DNA of 17,114 nt from Flavobacteriales bacterium. GTDB taxonomy: Bacteria; Bacteroidota; Bacteroidia; Flavobacteriales_D; Sanyastnellaceae. This document shows positions 1 to 7,384 of this stretch, piece by piece. The stretch's first letter is position 1. Each line of letters opens with the position of its first letter. The position numbers and the translations under genes were made by a program. Below the pieces are notes generated by a model. It was not told where the DNA came from, did not search any database, and saw only the letters and a list, made by a program, of their open reading frames with translations. The stretch covers positions 1-17,114 of the forward strand of contig JBJXFC010000048.1 in the NCBI GenBank assembly GCA_046153915.1, read 5' to 3'.

Positions 1-376
1 ATATGGATATGATTTCGAAATTTTCTTCAATTACGGTATTTGGTTCAAGAATAAATTTTTTGTCCTGGATAGTTCCGTTTTCATAAAAGCTAACCCAATA
101 TCTGTTGCGAAGATCAAGGGTTTCGGCGAGAATGTATTCAAATTTTACTGCAGCACCCGCGGCAACATCTTTGAGGAAATAACGCAATAACGCAGTTTCT
201 TTTTCAACTCCGTTTACAATTCCCTGACCACTTACATTGATGAGTACATTCTCAAGTGTGGTCGTTTTCATATTGATGAAATACACGTCGCAATTGCTTT
301 GTGGGTTGTATGGATCCTGGGGCACAATGGCAATTCCCACATCTTTTACTTCTATGAGTTCAATATCTTTCTTCAT
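1..376 (-). CDS. Hypothetical protein, 5' part only. The ORF continues beyond the left edge of the window.
   Basis: Reverse-complementing 1..376 gives an ATG (plus-strand CAT at 374..376) followed by at least 125 sense codons with no stop, beginning MKKDIELIEVKDVGIAIVPQDPYNPQSNCDV. The start sits 1 nt after the TAA stop (378..380) of the upstream serine-hydrolase gene, which suggests co-transcription or translational coupling. I recognise no motif. It is not in the supplied ORF track because it runs off the edge. Confidence 0.5.
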   Translation of the reverse strand, partial: MKKDIELIEVKDVGIAIVPQDPYNPQSNCDVYFINMKTTTLENVLINVSGQGIVNGVEKETALLRYFLKDVAAGAAVKFEYILAETLDLRNRYWVSFYENGTIQDKKFILEPNTVIEENFEIISI

Positions 377-377
377 A

Positions 378-1541
378 TTACTGGTGCGAAATATCCAAAG
401 CAATATCGAGGTAATGATATAAATCGGGTGGCATATTTTCAACACGTTCTTTGCGTTGATTGTGGCCCAATCTTACCATGATAATGTTTTCTTCAGGAAT
501 AACAGCGATGTATTGTCCACGCATACCACGGCAGGAGAAGAATGGCTTACCGTTGTGTTTGCCCAGCCACCAATGCAATCCGTACCAGTCACATTTTTCG
601 CCCCGTTCATCCGGGACCATGGATGGAGTGAGTGATTCCCGAACAAAAGCGGGATCTAATACGGTGTCGTTGTCCCACACCCCTTCCTGGAGATAGAGTT
701 TTCCAAGACGTGCAAAATCACGAGCGTTTGCATAAAATCCGCTGAATGTTTTTTCCATTCCACCCTCACGGTCAAGATTCCAGTGTGCATTCTGTTCGGC
801 TCCTATGCACGACCATACTTTTTGAAAGAAGTATTCACTTGGAGTTCGGCCAGTAGCTTTTTTGAGAATTATTCCAAGCAAAACCGAATTACCGCCTTCG
901 TATTTCCAAAAAGTACCAGGAGTTTTTTCTACGCGGTATACCATGGTTTCTTTGATGAGATCATCGCTGAAATAGGATTTGGCCACATAACCAAACGGAC
1001 TTGAATAACTTTCTCCAAAAGGAATTCCGCTTGTCATTTGCAATAAATGGCGGATGGTTAATTGATCGTTGATGCCTTCTTTGAATTCGGGTATATAATC
1101 GCCCACTTTTTGATCCAGGCTTTGGATATAGCCTTCCTGCACAGCTTTGCCTACAAGCATAGCACAAAAGCTTTTGGCCATGCTGAAAGAATTGCAATAT
1201 GTTTTTTCATCAAACCCATCCCAGTAATGTTCGAAGAGAAGTGAATCATTTTTAAAAACCAACAATGCTGTAGTTTCCATCGAATCACAAAGAGGCAACA
1301 TTCCTGCTGGAATTTTACCCAAATTGTATCTGGAAGAAAGAGGCCATGCTTCGGGATGATCTGCGGCGATGGTGCTCGTTGCAAATGCATCCATGTCGTC
1401 GATATCCGGTTTGGATTTTCCAATGAAATACGTTTGTGATAGTCCTTTGAAAATATGACTGTTTCCAGTGGCATACAATCCAATGCTCGCAAGAATGATG
1501 AGTGCAAGCAAGCCAATTAAAATTCGTTTGATCCAACGCAT
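378..1541 (-). CDS. Serine hydrolase of the beta-lactamase / penicillin-binding-protein transpeptidase-fold family, with an N-terminal membrane anchor or signal sequence.
   Basis: The track ORF 378..1580 is 400 aa. The protein contains an S-x-x-K motif (FSMAKSF) about 140 aa from the N-terminus, as in class C/AmpC-like serine hydrolases. Its length of about 390 aa fits that family. I prefer the ATG at 1541 (MRWIKRILIGLLALIILASIGLYA, a hydrophobic N-terminus) over the ATG at 1580, because the flotillin terminator ends only about 10 nt upstream of 1580. Confidence 0.75.
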   Translation of the reverse strand: MRWIKRILIGLLALIILASIGLYATGNSHIFKGLSQTYFIGKSKPDIDDMDAFATSTIAADHPEAWPLSSRYNLGKIPAGMLPLCDSMETTALLVFKNDSLLFEHYWDGFDEKTYCNSFSMAKSFCAMLVGKAVQEGYIQSLDQKVGDYIPEFKEGINDQLTIRHLLQMTSGIPFGESYSSPFGYVAKSYFSDDLIKETMVYRVEKTPGTFWKYEGGNSVLLGIILKKATGRTPSEYFFQKVWSCIGAEQNAHWNLDREGGMEKTFSGFYANARDFARLGKLYLQEGVWDNDTVLDPAFVRESLTPSMVPDERGEKCDWYGLHWWLGKHNGKPFFSCRGMRGQYIAVIPEENIIMVRLGHNQRKERVENMPPDLYHYLDIALDISHQ

Positions 1542-1590
1542 GGTGCCAAAGTAAAAAATCTTTTGACTGCATGGATACATTCTGCCTAAA

Positions 1591-1624
1591 TAAAAAAGGG
1601 AGACCCACCTGGATCTCCCTTTTA
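1591..1624 (-). terminator. Rho-independent terminator downstream of the flotillin gene.
   Basis: The plus strand reads taaaaaaGGGAGAcccaccTGGaTCTCCCtttt. This is an inverted repeat GGGAGA/TCTCCC with extra CC/GG pairing, giving a roughly 8-bp GC-rich stem. On the minus strand the stem is followed by TTTTTTA, and it lies 16 nt past the flotillin stop at 1640. T/A runs on both sides mean it could act in both directions. Confidence 0.6.
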
Positions 1625-1639
1625 ATTGCTGCGAAGGGA

Positions 1640-3571
1640 TTATTTATTTTCTTCCTTGTCGTCGTTTTTCTCTTCACGTTGTTCCTGCACCATTTGAAGC
1701 AGCTGCATTCCGAGAAGTCCGCTTATGCCGCCATCTGTATTACTTCCTGAACCTCCAATGAGGATGTCGGGAATAATTTTGATCTGGCCTTTGGCAATTT
1801 CTTCGGTGATTTTATACCGTGTAAAATTGTTACCACCCATGGCGCTAACCTGCAATTCGTAAGCCTCTGCAGTGCTCTTACCAATGGCCATAATTTTTTC
1901 AGCCTCTGCAAGACCTGTTTTCGAAATCTGTTCGGCCTCCGCACTTGCGTTGAGTTTGGTAGCTTCAGCTTCTGCTCCGGCGCGTGCTTTGGTGGCTTCC
2001 GCTTCTGCATTTGCACGCATTTTGGTAGCTTCTGCTTCAGCATTCACCTGCAGTTTTAAGCTGGTCGCATCACCTTCTGCTTTTTTCACCGTAGCATTTG
2101 CAGTGCGTTCGGCAATTTCAACACTTTGTTGTGCCTTCACGATTTCTTTTTGCATGTCGGCAATGGCAGTTTCTTTTTCCATCCCCTGACGCTTCTCCTG
2201 GGCCATGCGCTGCGTTTCATACGTTTTTTCTTCCTCCTGCGCGATTTTGCGGTCAGTAAGCGTTTTCATCAATGCTTCAGGCGGAACGATATCGCCAATC
2301 AACGTATCAACTGCATTCACATTGTATTCATCCAGGACTTCACGAATATGATTCTTGGCGCTGTCCTGACGTTCTTTTCGGGTAGTAAGGAAACTGATCA
2401 CATCACTGTCCTGAGCGCTATTTCGAAAGTAGTTGCCAATGGTAGGCTCGAGTACCTGACTTACGAGGTTGTTCATACTACCAAAACGTGCAATCACTTT
2501 TGGAGCTTCATTGGCAGGAATGTGAATGATCTGTGCAACGTCCAGGTTAAACGGGAAACCATCGCGCGAGCGCACTGTAATAGTGCTCAGATTTTTATCA
2601 AGAGCGTGTGCTTCACTGCGGGCATTGGCCCAGTTGAGAACCAGGTTGGTGGTAGGCACCAGTTCTACCTTCATCGTAAAAGTATTGATGGGATACTTAC
2701 CCGGGCCAAGAGGTTCCATCCACACACCGCGGTATCCTTTGCTCACGATATTACCGTGTTTGAAGGTATCACCGGTGAGGTCTTTTCCGTCTTCACCCAC
2801 ATAACTAATAACAACTCCGACATGGCCGATGGGAATATCCGTCATAGGAATTTCTTCAATATTAATCGCCCATGGATTGATGTTGTAGCTACCCGCGAGA
2901 ATCAGTTGCGGCTGCAGACCGCGGCAACCGCCATTTGTTAGGAAGATATCAAAATTCTGGAAGTTGTTGTGACCAGCAATTTCTTTACCAGCAATTTTAC
3001 CTTGAGGAATAGGTTCACCATCAAGTGCCGTAACAACTCCTATCATGTTTTCATGAATGATAACCTGATCTGTAATGGCCACATCAAACAAATACCTATT
3101 GATACGATAAGAACCGGCAGTAATGAAGGAAGTTTGTCTACCACGTTGACCGCCGTTTAGCAGAAAGGAAGAAGCATCCTGAAAATTGTCGCATTCCACG
3201 CGTCGTGCCAAAATATTACCTGTTGGAATTTCTTTACCGTCTTTGGAAAGAACGAGTCCGATTTTACCTTCCGGGATAACGGTGAAGGGAATAAACTCCA
3301 CGCCGTATTGCCATGGCCACATCCACCAGTACAAACCGGGAGCAAGCGTTCTGGCCTGAAAACCGGCTTCACCCAACGTAGCGATGATGCGACCATCGGG
3401 CAATTCGCGGTTAGCACCAAACAGCACGAATTTTTTGGTAACGAGACCAATTTTATCCTCCGGCACGATCACCATACCGAAGAACACACGAAGAATTACT
3501 TTGTAAAAAAGTAAACTAACAAGCACAACAAGGACCCACCAGTACTGTGCGAAAAAATCTGAAAATGACAT
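1640..3571 (-). CDS. Flotillin-family SPFH / band-7 domain protein (YqiK/FloA-like).
   Basis: 643 aa with an ATG start. It has an N-terminal TM helix (WWVLVVLVSLLFYKVIL). The SPFH-like region carries duplicated GSY(R/N)IN and (I/L)IHxPANEAP-type segments typical of flotillins. A C-terminal charged coiled-coil region contains repeated AEAEATK units (NAEAEATKMRANAEAEATKARAGAEAEATKLNASAEAEQ), the EA-repeat hallmark of flotillins. The tail is acidic and lysine-rich. Confidence 0.85.
   Translation of the reverse strand: MSFSDFFAQYWWVLVVLVSLLFYKVILRVFFGMVIVPEDKIGLVTKKFVLFGANRELPDGRIIATLGEAGFQARTLAPGLYWWMWPWQYGVEFIPFTVIPEGKIGLVLSKDGKEIPTGNILARRVECDNFQDASSFLLNGGQRGRQTSFITAGSYRINRYLFDVAITDQVIIHENMIGVVTALDGEPIPQGKIAGKEIAGHNNFQNFDIFLTNGGCRGLQPQLILAGSYNINPWAINIEEIPMTDIPIGHVGVVISYVGEDGKDLTGDTFKHGNIVSKGYRGVWMEPLGPGKYPINTFTMKVELVPTTNLVLNWANARSEAHALDKNLSTITVRSRDGFPFNLDVAQIIHIPANEAPKVIARFGSMNNLVSQVLEPTIGNYFRNSAQDSDVISFLTTRKERQDSAKNHIREVLDEYNVNAVDTLIGDIVPPEALMKTLTDRKIAQEEEKTYETQRMAQEKRQGMEKETAIADMQKEIVKAQQSVEIAERTANATVKKAEGDATSLKLQVNAEAEATKMRANAEAEATKARAGAEAEATKLNASAEAEQISKTGLAEAEKIMAIGKSTAEAYELQVSAMGGNNFTRYKITEEIAKGQIKIIPDILIGGSGSNTDGGISGLLGMQLLQMVQEQREEKNDDKEENK
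1922..2053 (-). repeat. Imperfect in-frame tandem repeat of period 33 nt, about 4 copies, encoding 11-residue Ala/Glu-rich heptad-like repeats in the flotillin coiled-coil.
   Basis: The units 1955..1987 (tttggtagcttcagcttctgctccggcgcgtgc), 1988..2020 (tttggtggcttccgcttctgcatttgcacgcat) and 2021..2053 (tttggtagcttctgcttcagcattcacctgcag) are clearly related. A more degenerate copy lies at 1922..1954. They translate on the minus strand to xAEAEATKxxA repeats. Confidence 0.8.
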
Positions 3572-3810
3572 ATAATTTGGTTATTGAATTGAAGGGGCAA
3601 ATGTTTAGGACAATTGGAGCAGAGGTGGTAATAATTAGCAAAAATTATGCGATGATAAATATTACTAAATCGGATGCTCTAATCAGCGCTGTGCCTGATT
3701 TTTGTCGAAAAGTCGCAGGGTATTGTTGATTGCATCTGTATGTATATCAATCAACTGGATTGGTTTTGGAATTGGGGCTATCAAAGCACGGTCCAAATCA
3801 AAAAAATGCG
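3572..3810 (-). promoter_or_regulatory. 239-bp intergenic region upstream of the flotillin gene. It presumably holds the flotillin promoter and the 3' end of the upstream transcript, and it contains two notable inverted repeats.
   Basis: This is the longest non-coding stretch in the window and is AT-rich. A perfect 8-bp inverted repeat GTTGATTG...CAATCAAC sits at 3725..3755 with a 15-nt loop. A second hairpin AATCAG(n8)CTGATT at 3681..3700 is followed by TTTTG. On the minus strand TAATTTTTG lies about 75 nt upstream of the flotillin ATG and loosely resembles the Bacteroidota -7 motif TAnnTTTG. A T-run follows the upstream gene's stop on the minus strand. No exact promoter consensus was found. 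Confidence 0.3.
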
Positions 3811-5535
3811 TTATCGAATTGCTACCGCGTTTTCCTGATGCGCAATCATAAAACATTTATTTCCATTTGCGGCATCAGTTTCTACCGGGCCTTTGGTTTG
3901 AACAACAACACGCAGGTAATCTCCGGGTGTTGCATTGGTCATAACAGCGCGCAATTCTTCATCATAGTATTCTTCCTGCACGTCGAAGGGCAACTCGAAT
4001 TTAATACCCATGGTTTGTCCGATTGAAAAATGGTTGGATCCATTAGGAGAAATAATTTTAACCAGGGCATCACATGCCGCCTGATCACCATCCATCGTTT
4101 TGAAGGAAAAATGGTGAGCCATTAATTGAACAAGCAGGGTATCAGATTCCCAGGATCCTTCTCCAACACGCAGTGGAATGGGCGCCGCAATTGTTTTTCC
4201 TGATGGAATTCTCCAACTTGTATCAAGAGGAATGTATTCGGGAATAACGGATTTGTAAATCCATTGGACAGCATACCTGGTATCGCGAATCAAGGGAAGA
4301 TGATGTTGTGCGTCGGCATCGCTGTAAAAAGAGAATGGATTGTTAATAGTTTGAATGGATGTGATAGAATCTCCTGGCTGCAGTTTAATAACGGATGGCA
4401 TCAATGTTTCGTCGTGTGGCAAATAGATGTAAGGTGTTTCTTCTTCAATCAGCAGTCCATCCTCACTTACAAATTGGAAGAGCGTTGATTTTTCATCGGA
4501 GTTTTGATTGACAGGCCAGGACAAAACCTGTACACGTGGACTTTTATTAATTGCTGAAATGCGCACTCGGATATTGGAAGTTTCAGACGCAATAGAATCT
4601 GTAAGCAATTCACATTTCCAATTCAAGTCGGGATCATATTTGGGGTAAAACGCGCGCTGGTATGTATCGCTCAGGCAAAATGTACGGTAGTATTCGAAAA
4701 GATCATATCCACGGACAAAGGAAGAGTGGAAGAGTTTGTCCTGAGACGTACTCAAACCTATTTTATATCTGAGCCAGCCATGCCGAAAGACCTTGCCCAA
4801 ACTGGCAGTGAGGTAATAGTCACGCGGTCCGTTTTCATTAGCAAATCGGATGATATAGGTAATCCAACCCGGATAGATAGCAATATGGCTGACACATTTT
4901 TCGGTTTCGACACGATGAATGGAGTGATAAGAATTTAATTCCTGAAGCAGTTTGTATGCTGCCGTGTTTTCGTCTTTCGCTGCGTTGGAACATGTGCCCA
5001 CAAGAGCTTTTAATTCATTTTCAACTCCCTTCCAGTCCTCATTGTAAACACAATTATCGAGTCGTGTTTTGCGAAAGTATTTTTTGAGCGCAGCATCATT
5101 ATCTGCATTGAATGTAAAACATTTCTCACGCATGAGCAGAAAGGAGCCATCGGGTTCTGGAACAACTTCCGAATTGGCCCAATTTTGATTGCCTCTGGAA
5201 TATTGCCGTGGAAGGAAGACCATGTATTCAGAGTTTGGGCTCATCCATTCCTTCAAATCGTTGAGGTACGAGTGCAGAATGACGATTTGTGAAACGTCAA
5301 GTGTATCACTTCTTTTGTAGAAATTGACGATTTTGAATGGCATGTAAGTGTAAGTTGTGCCAAGGTCGTGATTGAAAGAGGGCCAGTTTTCTAGTGCGGT
5401 GGTGTCAGTGCGGATATGCAAGACAGCTTCAGACTCTTTGCTCCAAGCTTTTAAGCTATCGGGATGGAGTGCGCTGAGTTGCGCGAAAATCATATTCGAA
5501 AGCAGGATACACAGTATGGAAAAGGAGAACTTCAT
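3811..5535 (-). CDS. Secreted or periplasmic protein of unknown function, with an N-terminal signal peptide.
   Basis: The track ORF 3811..5541 begins at a GTG. The in-frame ATG at 5535 gives MKFSFSILCILLSNMIFAQ, a textbook signal peptide (a short Lys n-region, a hydrophobic core, AQ at the likely cleavage site). That yields about 574 aa of uninterrupted ORF in a region where other frames are full of stops. I recognise no catalytic motif and see no T9SS-type C-terminal domain. Scattered Cys residues suggest disulfides in an exported protein. Confidence 0.6.
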   Translation of the reverse strand: MKFSFSILCILLSNMIFAQLSALHPDSLKAWSKESEAVLHIRTDTTALENWPSFNHDLGTTYTYMPFKIVNFYKRSDTLDVSQIVILHSYLNDLKEWMSPNSEYMVFLPRQYSRGNQNWANSEVVPEPDGSFLLMREKCFTFNADNDAALKKYFRKTRLDNCVYNEDWKGVENELKALVGTCSNAAKDENTAAYKLLQELNSYHSIHRVETEKCVSHIAIYPGWITYIIRFANENGPRDYYLTASLGKVFRHGWLRYKIGLSTSQDKLFHSSFVRGYDLFEYYRTFCLSDTYQRAFYPKYDPDLNWKCELLTDSIASETSNIRVRISAINKSPRVQVLSWPVNQNSDEKSTLFQFVSEDGLLIEEETPYIYLPHDETLMPSVIKLQPGDSITSIQTINNPFSFYSDADAQHHLPLIRDTRYAVQWIYKSVIPEYIPLDTSWRIPSGKTIAAPIPLRVGEGSWESDTLLVQLMAHHFSFKTMDGDQAACDALVKIISPNGSNHFSIGQTMGIKFELPFDVQEEYYDEELRAVMTNATPGDYLRVVVQTKGPVETDAANGNKCFMIAHQENAVAIR

Positions 5536-5606
5536 TACCACAAGATTACACCCAAAGCAGAAACAGGTTCAATGCAGTTGTTAAATGCAAAGTGTTTTTA
5601 AGAGAT

Positions 5607-7160
5607 CTAATCGAATATCGCGTCTTTATTGACGGGCCTTTCATCGCCCCGCCATTTAAAATTCTCCAGTTTGAAGATGGCATCACCAGCGAGTTTCATC
5701 GGACTGAATTTCGAATTGGTTTCCGTTTCCATGCGAATACGCGTGAGTTCCCGGTCGCGGATTTCAATATTGATATTCGAACAATCGCCTTTGTTGTGAC
5801 CTACTGCCACAGGAGCTTTTCCTTTTTCTTCGGTAGGGAAAAAAATCAGTTGTCCGTTGCCTTCTACATACACGTTGCGCAGTTCGTTTTCAAAAAATGT
5901 TCCGGTAAGTTTTCGTCCTTTGATTTGATTGTAGCGTTCGTTTTGTGTTTTAATACTATCCCCTTTGGCTTCAGCGTCGCTTATGATAAATGAATTGCCC
6001 TTCACCAATAAATTGTGTAATTGACCATTTTCTATTTGCAGTGAAATGGAATCGCCTGTAATTTGATTTTGCATATTCCACAAAACGGGATCTCGAAACA
6101 TGAGCATCGTGGAGTCCGATTCTGAATAAACAAGCGAATCACATTTTCCCTGCATGTCTGATTTGAACATGCGCACTTTGTGATATGCGTAGATTACATT
6201 TTTTCCCGCGCTGTCAGGCAATGCTTTTAAGGTATCTGCATGAAGAAATAAGGAATCATTTTCGAAAAACTGGGTGAGCAATGCGCGTTGTGTTACAAAA
6301 CTCAATTTTGTTTTTTCGATGTGTTTGCCGTAATTCCCGCTGATGGAAAAGTCCTGAGTCGTATCCTGGATAGTGACGTTTCGAAAGACTTCACCAAATC
6401 CTGCTTTGCCATCATAGAAAATACTATCGCCAGTCAGAATTGTTTTTTCAGATCGAACACGCGCGTTTTTGCCAAATCTACTTTGGTCTTTGATTGTGTT
6501 GTAGTATCCATTCTCACAATAGATTTCTGAGTCATCGCCGGTGATGGTTGTTGGTCCAAAGAAATAGGTTACTTCACTGGCGTTGTTGTATTGCATGGTG
6601 TCGCAATTCACAACATAATCCGGGTTTTTGAGAACAACATTTTTTCTGAAATAAAATACTTCGGATTTGGAGTGATAAGAACCACGATTGCTCGTCAACG
6701 TATTGCGATTTGCGTTGCTCACAATTTTACCACCTCCTGTATAGGTAGCAATTTCAGATTGCGTGTTGAAGGTTAGATAATCAGTAGTGAGAGTCATCTC
6801 CTTGTCCCGGAGAGTGATGTTGTTTTGAACAGTAGCGGTACTTGATTTTTTATCGAAATGCCCAATATCTCCAGTAAGAGAAAAATCACTGCCTTTGATA
6901 ATGCGGATATTGCTAAATGCATCAAAATCGTCTGTGGAATATAGATAAGCACTGTCGCAGAAGAACATCGTGCCTTCGTATTCGAGTTGCACACGACCAA
7001 TGAGACGTTGGGCGTCTACCATGTTTTTGTCAAACAACAATTCGTCGGTGTGAATCAGGTTGACTTTCTTTTTTTTCTGCGCAGAAACATCACCCGCAAA
7101 TAGAAGTCCGCAGATTAAGCAGAGCAGAGATAGGGTATGGACGCGAAAAAAACGATTCAT
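5607..7160 (-). CDS. OstA/LptA-like (OstA_N fold) repeat protein with a signal peptide. It is a periplasmic beta-jellyroll protein of the lipopolysaccharide-transport family.
   Basis: 517 aa with an ATG start. It has a signal peptide (MNRFFRVHTLSLLCLICGLLFAGDVSAQ) followed by a KKKK stretch. The body is made of repeated segments with the LptA/OstA-N signature (LxADxLxYD...A..R..L.G.V.L...G....DSA.Y.. and 'GD.I...' strands; examples are LIHTDELLFDKNMVDAQRLIGRVQLEYEGTMFFCDSAYLY, LTTDYLTFNT, ILTGDSIFYDG, LFLHADTLKAL and ITGDSISLQIENGQLHNLLVKGNSFII). The sequence is Thr/Ser/Asn-rich, as in periplasmic beta-sandwich proteins. Confidence 0.6.
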   Translation of the reverse strand: MNRFFRVHTLSLLCLICGLLFAGDVSAQKKKKVNLIHTDELLFDKNMVDAQRLIGRVQLEYEGTMFFCDSAYLYSTDDFDAFSNIRIIKGSDFSLTGDIGHFDKKSSTATVQNNITLRDKEMTLTTDYLTFNTQSEIATYTGGGKIVSNANRNTLTSNRGSYHSKSEVFYFRKNVVLKNPDYVVNCDTMQYNNASEVTYFFGPTTITGDDSEIYCENGYYNTIKDQSRFGKNARVRSEKTILTGDSIFYDGKAGFGEVFRNVTIQDTTQDFSISGNYGKHIEKTKLSFVTQRALLTQFFENDSLFLHADTLKALPDSAGKNVIYAYHKVRMFKSDMQGKCDSLVYSESDSTMLMFRDPVLWNMQNQITGDSISLQIENGQLHNLLVKGNSFIISDAEAKGDSIKTQNERYNQIKGRKLTGTFFENELRNVYVEGNGQLIFFPTEEKGKAPVAVGHNKGDCSNINIEIRDRELTRIRMETETNSKFSPMKLAGDAIFKLENFKWRGDERPVNKDAIFD

Positions 7161-7384
7161 GCAGGAAAATGATATGGCGGCCTATGAAAGAATCCTGCCA
7201 ATATCCGAGATTATGCAGTCAAATTTCCATTACGTTTCAAAATCCCTGCAAATACAAGCATTTGCTCGTTTCGAGTGCTCACCGTATGGCTGAATACGTC
7301 TGCGCGCTCGAAACTTGCGCGAACACTTGTATTTATTGGGCTTTTAAATCTCATATACGAAACCGACTTCATAATCTCGGATTT

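Noticed and set aside
1542-1580. An alternative upstream ATG at 1580 (MYPCSQKIFYFGTMRW...) for the serine hydrolase.
   Set aside because: It would leave only about 10 nt between the flotillin terminator hairpin and the start codon, with no room for a promoter. It would also add a 13-aa non-hydrophobic extension before an otherwise canonical membrane-anchor N-terminus. The ATG at 1541 is preferred, though this is not certain.
2126-2941. A 271-aa ORF on the plus strand, antisense to the flotillin gene.
   Set aside because: Its translation is Cys/His/Phe/Arg-rich and of low complexity, with no recognisable motif. It lies wholly inside a well-supported flotillin CDS. A long antisense ORF like this is expected by chance opposite a gene with biased codon usage.
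3547-3729. A 60-aa plus-strand ORF in the flotillin upstream region.
   Set aside because: It overlaps the flotillin start on the opposite strand. It is short, has no conserved features, and lies in AT-rich intergenic DNA where small ORFs occur by chance.
7267-7314. An inverted repeat GTTTCGAG...CTCGAAAC with a GC-rich GCGC sub-stem in the purA/OstA-like intergenic region.
   Set aside because: The loop is about 29 nt, which is too long for a convincing terminator. The T-tract orientation does not match the minus-strand purA transcript. It could be a regulator-binding palindrome, but nothing in the sequence supports a specific call.
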